DNA from: an uncultured archaeon
Lineage (GTDB): Archaea; Asgardarchaeota; Lokiarchaeia; Sigyniarchaeales; SOKP01
Length of the DNA stretch: 14,666 nucleotides
Direction: 5' to 3'
Assembly: GCA_964632315.1 (NCBI GenBank)
Contig: CAZWEM010000072.1
Location: 1-14,666 of the forward strand
Positions 7,906 to 14,666 of this stretch are shown piece by piece. The notes below the pieces were generated by a model. It searched no databases. It saw only the letters and a program-made list of their open reading frames with translations, and had not been told where the DNA came from. A program made the translations under genes and the position numbers. Position 1 is the first letter of the stretch, and each line of letters begins with the position of its first letter.

Positions 7906-8763
7906 TTATTTAGAAACAACAAGTTTAACTAAATGTTTCTCTGTCTTTTTTCTTAATATCTTTTTTGAAAGGAATGGTAATACTTCCATTTGTAAAATCC
8001 ATAAGTATGGTGCACCTTGATTAAATAAAAAGAATAACTCATAGATGAATAATAAGGTTCCCATAGGACGTATATGATATAAATTCAGTGGAAATTCCAT
8101 AAAAAAGGATTCTAAAACTCCAATTAAAAATACATAACCTATTAATTTGTAGTCTTTCTTCCTCCATTTACCTGTTGCATAGATGATAATCAATAACGAA
8201 TATCCTACAAAGACATTTATTATCCAAATTAAAATTTGAGTGTCCATGTGCCTAACTGTATATACAATCGTATTATTAAGTGGTAGTAATGCTGAAATTA
8301 AAGGAGTAAGCATCCATGAACCAAAAAATAGGCTTGTATAAAGGAAGATTTCTCTGTAATTTCTCTTAACATAATTTTCGAACATTATCCAAAGCCAACC
8401 AAAAGCAAAGAGGGAATAAGAAATATCCATCATAAAATCTGCTCCGAATTTTGCCCAAAAATATTCTCCTATAGGATGCGGCATTTTTATCCCTCCAAAA
8501 TAATATTCACGAATCGTAGTGCCAGGTGGATAATTAGCCCCAGCTGGTGTATTCCACCAAATTATACCATCTATAATGTAGACAATAACTGCTGTAAAAA
8601 GTCCATATAAGATTGGGTTCCATTTTTTTTTCTTAATTAAAACGCTTAGCCAAATAGCAAGGAAAAATGCATCAACATAAATGTAATCATATTGGAATCT
8701 TCTTGAAACTTCGTTTAGAGACTTAAAAAACTCATCAAGAGACTCAAAAAATGCATTGATCAT
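7906..8763 (-). CDS. Uncharacterised polytopic integral membrane protein (about 7 TM helices)
   Basis: 285-aa ORF with multiple hydrophobic, aromatic-rich segments separated by Lys/Arg-rich loops. No family recognised with confidence. Confidence 0.7.
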   Translation of the reverse strand: MINAFFESLDEFFKSLNEVSRRFQYDYIYVDAFFLAIWLSVLIKKKKWNPILYGLFTAVIVYIIDGIIWWNTPAGANYPPGTTIREYYFGGIKMPHPIGEYFWAKFGADFMMDISYSLFAFGWLWIMFENYVKRNYREIFLYTSLFFGSWMLTPLISALLPLNNTIVYTVRHMDTQILIWIINVFVGYSLLIIIYATGKWRKKDYKLIGYVFLIGVLESFFMEFPLNLYHIRPMGTLLFIYELFFLFNQGAPYLWILQMEVLPFLSKKILRKKTEKHLVKLVVSK

Positions 8764-8870
8764 AATTAAATTAAAATTTTCTAATTAATGAAGATATGGC
8801 GTATAAATATTAAATCTTTATAAAAGAAATCAGATTTATAACAAAATGAAACTTCGGTGTCAGTGTACTC

Positions 8871-9524
8871 TCACTTAATATATTGATTGATATATTCTTT
8901 TACTTTTGATGCTGGTTGGAAAATGCCGAAATGGCCTTCACAAAGAATATCTGCTTCTAAATCTCTTACTAACTTGAGTGACTCCTGATAATTATCATAA
9001 TCACTCACTCCTGGAATAATTGGTCCATGCAAGTCTTGTCCAAAGAGAATCTTGACTTTTGGATCACTTAATTCTAGAAGAATTGCGATTGAACCGGGAG
9101 TATGTCCGGGTATATGCAAGCATTGGAACTCATAACTTCCAAACTTTAAAATCTCTTTTTTACCTGTTAATCTCCGCTCCAATTTAACAGGAGTATATCT
9201 AACTCCGTACCACGAAGCGGCAGTTTCTTTCTCATAACCCGGTTCCTCAATAGCATCTGCGTCTAATTCGTGAGCGTAATATTTTATTTTTTTATTAAAT
9301 TCCTTTAATTCTGCACATATAGCAATATGATCAATGTGAAAATGAGTAATTATACAGTGTTTTATATCTAAAGGATTCAAATTATACTTGCTAATACGCT
9401 TAATCATATTTAGAGACATGCCGCAATCTATTAATACAAGCCCATCATCACTCTTAGTGTTGACTAAAAATACGGAACACCCAGAATCACCAACGTGGTA
9501 AACATCCTTTACAATTTCTTTCAT
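8871..9524 (-). CDS. MBL-fold metallo-hydrolase (glyoxalase II-like)
   Basis: LVLIDCG, THFHIDH (HxHxDH), IPGHTPGS, LFGQD, LCEGH: the full metallo-beta-lactamase-fold metal ligand set. Starts 6 nt after the PAP2 stop. Confidence 0.9.
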   Translation of the reverse strand: MKEIVKDVYHVGDSGCSVFLVNTKSDDGLVLIDCGMSLNMIKRISKYNLNPLDIKHCIITHFHIDHIAICAELKEFNKKIKYYAHELDADAIEEPGYEKETAASWYGVRYTPVKLERRLTGKKEILKFGSYEFQCLHIPGHTPGSIAILLELSDPKVKILFGQDLHGPIIPGVSDYDNYQESLKLVRDLEADILCEGHFGIFQPASKVKEYINQYIK

Positions 9525-9530
9525 TATAAT

Positions 9531-10331
9531 CTATTTATATATTTTTTTATAGAAGATCACCGTGATAATCATAGCGAAAAAAGTCGAAAAAAGAACATCT
9601 GAAGCATAATGTGCTCCTACTATCACTCTTGAAAGCGCAACAAAAATTCCCCAACCGAAAACGAGAATGTATGTAATTATTTTAATTGGATCGGACCATT
9701 TTTTCTCTTTTACAAGGACCAATAGAGGAAGAAACATCCAACTCATAGCAGCGTGGCCGCTTGGGAAACTATAATTATCTGTAAATCCATTAGGTATGAA
9801 CCAAGGAGTGAAATCAATATAACCTGTACTCAAATCTCTAAACCTAACCCTTCCCCAAAATACTTTGATTAGTTGTACTAAAAGCAAAGGATTTAAAATA
9901 GCCAATATAGAAATTAGACTGCTAATCTTTCTAAAGTCTTTCCAATCTTTATTCCAAGTTAATACTATGTAAATAAGTAAACTTAATATGAGAGTTGCTC
10001 CAAGAGCAGTGTCAGTTACATCTGAACTTAGTAGTCCAATAATCAGATATATCATGCCAACAATAATTCCAATACAACCTAAAATCTTTTGTTTTTTTAC
10101 GTTTGGAATATATCCTCCTATGTATGTAGCTAAAGCAATAGCTATTAATCCATATCCGGGAATTTCTCCATAATCTGCTCCAAAATTACCCCAATTAGAT
10201 GTTTCATCAACCAAAGCAATAGAAATTTGCAAGTCATATATTCCAAAAATAACTGCAAGAATCGCCCAGACAACAATAATGAGTATTATAATTAAATTAA
10301 TATTTGATAATTTCATTAATTTTTCACTCAA
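9531..10331 (-). CDS. PAP2-family integral membrane phosphatase
   Basis: C1 KVFWGRVRF, C2 SFPSGH and C3 SRVIVGAHYASDV motifs, with multiple TM segments. TTG start. Confidence 0.92.
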   Translation of the reverse strand: MSEKLMKLSNINLIIILIIVVWAILAVIFGIYDLQISIALVDETSNWGNFGADYGEIPGYGLIAIALATYIGGYIPNVKKQKILGCIGIIVGMIYLIIGLLSSDVTDTALGATLILSLLIYIVLTWNKDWKDFRKISSLISILAILNPLLLVQLIKVFWGRVRFRDLSTGYIDFTPWFIPNGFTDNYSFPSGHAAMSWMFLPLLVLVKEKKWSDPIKIITYILVFGWGIFVALSRVIVGAHYASDVLFSTFFAMIITVIFYKKIYK

Positions 10332-10358
10332 ATTATAGATATTATAATTAAAAGACGT

Positions 10359-10388
10359 ATTTCTATAAAAACATTAAGTGTTTTAGCA
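10359..10388 (-). promoter_or_regulatory. Putative promoter of the PAP2 gene (motif shared with the VTT gene)
   Basis: The minus strand reads TGCTAAAA-CACTTAATG-TTTTTATAGAAAT. The TATA-like core ends about 33 nt before TTG 10331. Confidence 0.5.
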
Positions 10389-10393
10389 ATATT

Positions 10394-11122
10394 TCATTTA
10401 AACTTATCTCTAATTTCTTTCACCATATTGGGATAATCAGTATAGATTGCCGCGACTTTTTTGCTTTCTTCTTGTAAACCTAAAATCCTTTTAGTTCGTG
10501 ATTTATAGTTTAAAGCCCAGACATAGCAATCTAAACCATTTTCTATGATTTTTCGAAAATTATGAATATTTGCCCTATGGGATCTTATATTTATTGCATT
10601 TACAGCCAATCGTTTCAATCTTGGAAAATTTACATTGTTCTCACCGACTTTAATAATATTTTCAGGCAACGTATATGTTAAATTAACCCGCTTTTCAAAG
10701 CTTCTCAACCGTGCAAGCAATGATAATCTTCTATCTGTAATTTCTACTCTATTTAAGAGATCATAGTCCCTCATTAGGTAAATGAGTTTTTTCGCAGCTT
10801 GAAAATTCCTAATGTCAAAACTTAAGCGAATATTCGGATTTTTCAGAATAATTGAGAATAAATCTAATATAGTAGGAATTTTGCGTTGATCAGAAAATTC
10901 GAATTTTAATAGGTCCTTATACGTTAAATCAGCAATGTCATAGGTTTTAGAGTCATGCCTAATTGAATAGTCATGAAAACAAATTAGGATATTGTCTTTT
11001 GTCAGCTGAACGTCAGATTCTATTCCCACTCCTAAATTGATTGCGTTCTTAAAACATTTCATTGTATTTTCTATGCATAATCCCATTCCTCCGCGATGCC
11101 CAAAAATATACGTTTTTTCCAT
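10394..11122 (-). CDS. Glycerophosphodiester phosphodiesterase family protein (GDPD, UgpQ/GlpQ-like)
   Basis: FGHRG, IENT, GIESDVQLTKD, CFHD, KIPTI, YVWAL, IYTDYP. No signal peptide seen. Confidence 0.9.
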   Translation of the reverse strand: MEKTYIFGHRGGMGLCIENTMKCFKNAINLGVGIESDVQLTKDNILICFHDYSIRHDSKTYDIADLTYKDLLKFEFSDQRKIPTILDLFSIILKNPNIRLSFDIRNFQAAKKLIYLMRDYDLLNRVEITDRRLSLLARLRSFEKRVNLTYTLPENIIKVGENNVNFPRLKRLAVNAINIRSHRANIHNFRKIIENGLDCYVWALNYKSRTKRILGLQEESKKVAAIYTDYPNMVKEIRDKFK

Positions 11123-11163
11123 TTTCAGAATTAGTGTGCAAGATATTAAATTTTAAAAATTAA

Positions 11164-11191
11164 TGCTAAAAACTATAATTTTTATAGAAAT
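11164..11191 (+). promoter_or_regulatory. Putative promoter of the DedA/VTT gene (motif shared with the PAP2 gene)
   Basis: The plus strand reads TGCTAAAA-ACTATAA-TTTTTATAGAAAT. The TATA-like core ends about 37 nt before GTG 11223. Confidence 0.5.
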
Positions 11192-11222
11192 TTAAATTAA
11201 ATATATTACTCATAAATAAAAA

Positions 11223-12065
11223 GTGAATACGATACATATGGAAGCAAATGAACCGCAAACTGAAGAAGAAAAATCATTTAGTTCTAAGTTTAAGAGGTAT
11301 ATAAAAAATCTCTTTGATTTTTCTCAATATGATAAAAAAACTATCTTATATGTAGCAATTTTCGTATTCTTATTAGTCTTTTCGATAATTATACTGATTT
11401 ATAATTATGTTTTCAATCCCACTTTTCTTCTATGGATTGTAGCAACATGGTTTGTAAATCCTGTTCACGATTTGGGAATATTAGGAATTATATTATTCTT
11501 AGTGATCATGGCAATACAAGGATTAATAGTGCCTTTACCTTCAGAAATAGTGTTATTAGCAACCGGCATAATATGGGGTTGGTTTATAGGGGGATTATTC
11601 GGTATTATAGGTTCAATGTTAGCCGGAATTCTATGTTTTTACATCAGTAGAAAAGGGGGGCGTCCGCTAGTTGAGAAATTTGTAGGCTCTAAAACATTAA
11701 ATCTTGCGGATGATTTAATTAAAAAGTATGGAATATGGACAATAATAATTTCTCGATTCATCCCTTTTATCTCATTTGATGTCATTTCTTACGCTTCAGG
11801 TTTAGTAGATATTGATTTCAAGAAATATTCAATTGGGACATTCATAGGATCTACGTTTCGCGCGTTTTTTTATTCTGTAATTGGGTCTCTCTTAGGAATA
11901 AAGCCTCCAATTGATGTTACCGATGCAAAAGCTCTTGAGGCTCAAGCAACCATCTTTAATGTATGGCTTCTTATCATTTTAGGAGTATTAATTTTAATGT
12001 TTGTGGCGTATTATCTTACTAATCGTTACCTAGAAAAAAAGAAAATTAATCAGCAAGAAATGTAA
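11223..12065 (+). CDS. DedA superfamily VTT-domain membrane protein (TVP38/TMEM64/YdjX type)
   Basis: IQGLIVPLPSEIVLLATGIIWG, GSMLAGILCFYISRKGGRPLV and SRFIPFISFDVISYASGL are typical VTT/SNARE_assoc motifs. Start is GTG 11223 or ATG 11238. Confidence 0.92.
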   Translation: MNTIHMEANEPQTEEEKSFSSKFKRYIKNLFDFSQYDKKTILYVAIFVFLLVFSIIILIYNYVFNPTFLLWIVATWFVNPVHDLGILGIILFLVIMAIQGLIVPLPSEIVLLATGIIWGWFIGGLFGIIGSMLAGILCFYISRKGGRPLVEKFVGSKTLNLADDLIKKYGIWTIIISRFIPFISFDVISYASGLVDIDFKKYSIGTFIGSTFRAFFYSVIGSLLGIKPPIDVTDAKALEAQATIFNVWLLIILGVLILMFVAYYLTNRYLEKKKINQQEM

Positions 12066-12831
12066 CAATTATTTTCATCAATTTTTGCCAATTAGGCAAA
12101 AATATCCAATGCCCCTCTTGTTTTAATGTCCTAACATTAGCATTTGGTATCTGGCTTGCCATAATATCTGCGTTAGTTACAGGAATGAGGAGATCTTCTT
12201 TACCATGCAAAATTAATGTTGGAGCGATAATTTGCTTCAATCGCGAATAAGAATCGAAACGATCTACTGACTTAAGTTGGAGAATGTATGATTTCGGTGG
12301 AATTTGTGTTTTAGAGATTTTTTTCCTGAACTTCGAGATTACTTTAGGATATTTTTCAACTATTTTTTTTGAAAAGCAAAGGGAAATAATTCCATCAATT
12401 AAATTTTGGTTTGAAGAAGTCATCATATCTAGAACTTCTTGGGAGGGATTTATCTTCTTTCTCCCACCACAATGAGTTGAGCAGAGGACAAGTCTTTCAA
12501 CTCTCTCAGGGTGGTTGATAGCAATTTCTTGAGCAATCATTCCTCCCATTGAGGTCCCTAAGATATGAGTCTTCTCAATTTTTAATGCATCCATGAGACC
12601 TAAAACATCAGTGGCAAATTGATCGATTGAATACTCTTCTTTTGGCTTGTCTGTACGCCCTGCGCCTCGATTATCGAAGATTATCAGTTTAAAATGATGA
12701 GAATATGCTTTAATTTCCTCTCTACTCCACCAATTTGAATCTCCAGCTAAACCAGTTATCATTACTAAGGGAACACCTTCCCCATAAATCTCATAGTAAA
12801 TATTTATATCATTTACATGTATTATTGGCAA
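12046..12831 (-). CDS. Alpha/beta-fold hydrolase (Abhydrolase_1; enol-lactonase/esterase-like)
   Basis: IYYEIYGEG, FDNRGAGRT, nucleophile elbow GTSMGG, LHGKEDLL (acid) and EGH (His). Its 3' end overlaps the convergent VTT gene by 20 nt. Confidence 0.92.
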   Translation of the reverse strand: MPIIHVNDINIYYEIYGEGVPLVMITGLAGDSNWWSREEIKAYSHHFKLIIFDNRGAGRTDKPKEEYSIDQFATDVLGLMDALKIEKTHILGTSMGGMIAQEIAINHPERVERLVLCSTHCGGRKKINPSQEVLDMMTSSNQNLIDGIISLCFSKKIVEKYPKVISKFRKKISKTQIPPKSYILQLKSVDRFDSYSRLKQIIAPTLILHGKEDLLIPVTNADIMASQIPNANVRTLKQEGHWIFLPNWQKLMKIIVTFLAD

Positions 12832-12926
12832 TTCTGATTCCTTTCAAGATTTTTTCTATTTCTAGCAAATTTATTAATCGAAATAACAAAGTCTTTATTA
12901 AAAATTATTTCAAACATTTAAACAAC

Positions 12927-13373
12927 ATGAAGAAAATTAATTTTAAAAATCTAATTAAAAGAGTAAGTGGTTTTGATATAATCATTCACATCTTATCGAT
13001 AGCTCTTGGAATCCTATATTTCATTAATCCTACAAATTTCTTATTATTTGATTTCTTTGGGATAATCTTTTTCATCGCATGGATCTTTGATTTAAGTTTA
13101 ATCTTAGTAAATGATAGAATCTTAAACAAATCATCCCAAATAGGTATCAAAATGAATCGACATTCTTATTATTTCATAGCTACTTTCATAACATCACTAC
13201 TCCTAATGGTGTTTGGTGTAATATTCACTGCCTTTATTTTAAGTGGATTTCTGGCAATCTTAGGACAAATAATGATCATTTTTGGCTTTTTCAGTTCTAT
13301 AATTTACGGATTATATTACAATTTATTAACCTTTTCTAATATTGAAAATAGAGGGGTGTGGAATCCTGACTAG
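12927..13373 (+). CDS. Small uncharacterised membrane protein (about 4 TM helices, 148 aa)
   Basis: ATG 12927 (MKKINF...) lies about 26 nt after a TTTATTAA box. The ORF-track start at 12735 overlaps the opposite-strand hydrolase gene. Four hydrophobic segments. Its 3' end overlaps the next gene. Confidence 0.7.
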   Translation: MKKINFKNLIKRVSGFDIIIHILSIALGILYFINPTNFLLFDFFGIIFFIAWIFDLSLILVNDRILNKSSQIGIKMNRHSYYFIATFITSLLLMVFGVIFTAFILSGFLAILGQIMIIFGFFSSIIYGLYYNLLTFSNIENRGVWNPD

Positions 13374-14649
13374 AAGCAAAAAATACCTTAAATTGATTTT
13401 ATTGGGCCTTTGCATAATCACACTATTAGTAGGGATATATTTTACAGCGGTTGTATTATTTCCAATTCCTGATGGATTAGCTATTACACTCTCTTATTTT
13501 ATAACTCAAATATCTCTCTTTTTATCGATGCTATATATCCTCACAACAATCTTATTTCTAAAACTTTTACCAAAGCGAATAACACATAAATGGATTCCTG
13601 TTGTAATATTGATTTTTGGCATTTCATTGGGATTTTTAAGTGCGTTACCTGTTATTTCCACTCCAATTAGCATTCAAACGGCTGAAACCGAGTTTAATAA
13701 TACTTATGGTTCTAACTGGCGTTCAAACATCCCCAATACAATTGAATCTGATATGCTTCCATCTCAATTTAATTTATATAGTTACTTTTTGGGATTTCCC
13801 ATAAAGGATTGTAATGTGGATACTGACATACTTTATTTTGAAGACGGAAATTTGAGATTATATTTTGATGTATACTATCCTAAAGGAGATGGCCATTTAT
13901 TACCGGGAAATAATAGCGTGATCATAAAAATTCATGGTGGAAGCTGGCAGTTCGGTGACAAGAGCCTGGGAAATGTTTTAGTTTTGAATGAATATCTTGC
14001 AGCTCAAGGATATGTAGTTTTTGATATACAATACGGATTACTTGATGCAGGAGGATCCTCATTCATACCGACTCCAGATTATGTTAAAGGAAATGTAACA
14101 CTTGCTGATATGATATATCAAATAGGAAATTTCACTAAACAACTTGAACAAACATACGCAACTGTGTATAGTGCAAATCTTAATTCGGTGTTTATTTCAG
14201 GTGGGAGTGCAGGAGGTCATTTAACTTCTGTTTGCGGATTCGGATACAATGATCCATACTTTGCCGGTAATTTTAGTACCGCATTAAAAATTAAAGGTGT
14301 TATTCCGATTTATCCCCCAAACTTTGCTGATCGATATTTTGTAAATGAACCTCTTTCAAGGTTAATTCCTGGAGATCCCTCATCAAACCCCTTAGCATTT
14401 GAAAAATTCACGCCAAGTAATTTAGTAGATCCAAATGATCCTCCTACAATCATATATCAGGGCTTAAGAGACGATTTAGTATCATTAGATAATGCCCAAA
14501 CTATAAAAGCGTCATTACTTGCTAATGGAGTTGATTGCCTTCTATTAACTTTTCCATTCGCAGCTCATGCCAGTGATCTCATAGTCGGTAATAGCTTTTC
14601 TCAAGTTTGGGTGTATTATCTAGAGCGATTTCTTTATATGAATCAATAA
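13342..14649 (+). CDS. Membrane-anchored alpha/beta hydrolase (HSL-like/BD-FAE-type esterase or lipase)
   Basis: About three N-terminal TM helices, then FDVYYP, HGGSW oxyanion motif, GGSAGGHL nucleophile elbow, QGLRDDLV (Asp) and AAHA (His). Start uncertain: TTG 13342 or CTG 13366. Confidence 0.88.
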   Translation: MKIEGCGILTRSKKYLKLILLGLCIITLLVGIYFTAVVLFPIPDGLAITLSYFITQISLFLSMLYILTTILFLKLLPKRITHKWIPVVILIFGISLGFLSALPVISTPISIQTAETEFNNTYGSNWRSNIPNTIESDMLPSQFNLYSYFLGFPIKDCNVDTDILYFEDGNLRLYFDVYYPKGDGHLLPGNNSVIIKIHGGSWQFGDKSLGNVLVLNEYLAAQGYVVFDIQYGLLDAGGSSFIPTPDYVKGNVTLADMIYQIGNFTKQLEQTYATVYSANLNSVFISGGSAGGHLTSVCGFGYNDPYFAGNFSTALKIKGVIPIYPPNFADRYFVNEPLSRLIPGDPSSNPLAFEKFTPSNLVDPNDPPTIIYQGLRDDLVSLDNAQTIKASLLANGVDCLLLTFPFAAHASDLIVGNSFSQVWVYYLERFLYMNQ

Positions 14650-14653
14650 TTCC

Positions 14654-14662
14654 TTTTTTTTT
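14654..14662 (+). terminator. Putative archaeal oligo-T terminator
   Basis: Run of nine T starting 5 nt after the esterase stop codon. Confidence 0.5.
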
Positions 14663-14666
14663 ACTT

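Noticed and set aside
8871-9524. Antibiotic-resistance beta-lactamase
   Set aside because: Only the generic MBL fold is supported. There is no signal peptide, and the pattern fits cytoplasmic glyoxalase II-like hydrolases.
2715-12475. Short ORFs 2715..2912, 3772..4086, 5230..5430, 9988..10173, 11432..11650 and 12284..12475
   Set aside because: All lie largely or wholly within well-supported genes, antisense or out of frame, and show no recognisable motifs.
12735-12926. N-terminal 64 codons of the ORF-track 212-aa protein
   Set aside because: They overlap the opposite-strand hydrolase gene and the divergent promoter region. ATG 12927 is the better start.
1-14666. CRISPR array, tRNA/rRNA, integrase or transposase
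   Set aside because: No regularly spaced non-coding repeats, GC-rich structured RNA segments or recombinase motifs were seen. The periodicities found are all protein-coding.

Overview
A strongly AT-rich, gene-dense window with frequent TTG/GTG starts and archaeal-style TATA/oligo-T signals. The gene content (tandem Roadblock protein, coiled-coil/TrmB-C-like protein, large SIR2-TPR protein) suggests an Asgard archaeon, probably Lokiarchaeia-like; this is inferred, not proven. Left to right: a tandem Roadblock/LC7 protein (-), divergent from a 14-residue-repeat coiled-coil protein (+); a Cys-rich DUF5714-type gene (-) broken by one in-frame TAA in its CC[K]R motif, which the ORF track truncates; a PHP-family histidinol-phosphatase (-); a ~450 bp intergenic region with a perfect palindrome; a 1355-aa SIR2-like NADase-type domain fused directly to 25 tandem 40-aa TPRs (+). 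The rest is a cluster of membrane and lipid-related genes: unknown polytopic membrane protein, MBL hydrolase, PAP2 phosphatase, GDPD, DedA/VTT protein, soluble alpha/beta hydrolase, and a small membrane protein coupled to a membrane-anchored esterase. The best leads are the SIR2-TPR protein (candidate one-component immune or signalling NADase), the interrupted DUF5714 gene, and a near-identical upstream motif shared by the PAP2 and DedA/VTT genes. I saw no RNA genes, CRISPR arrays or mobile elements.
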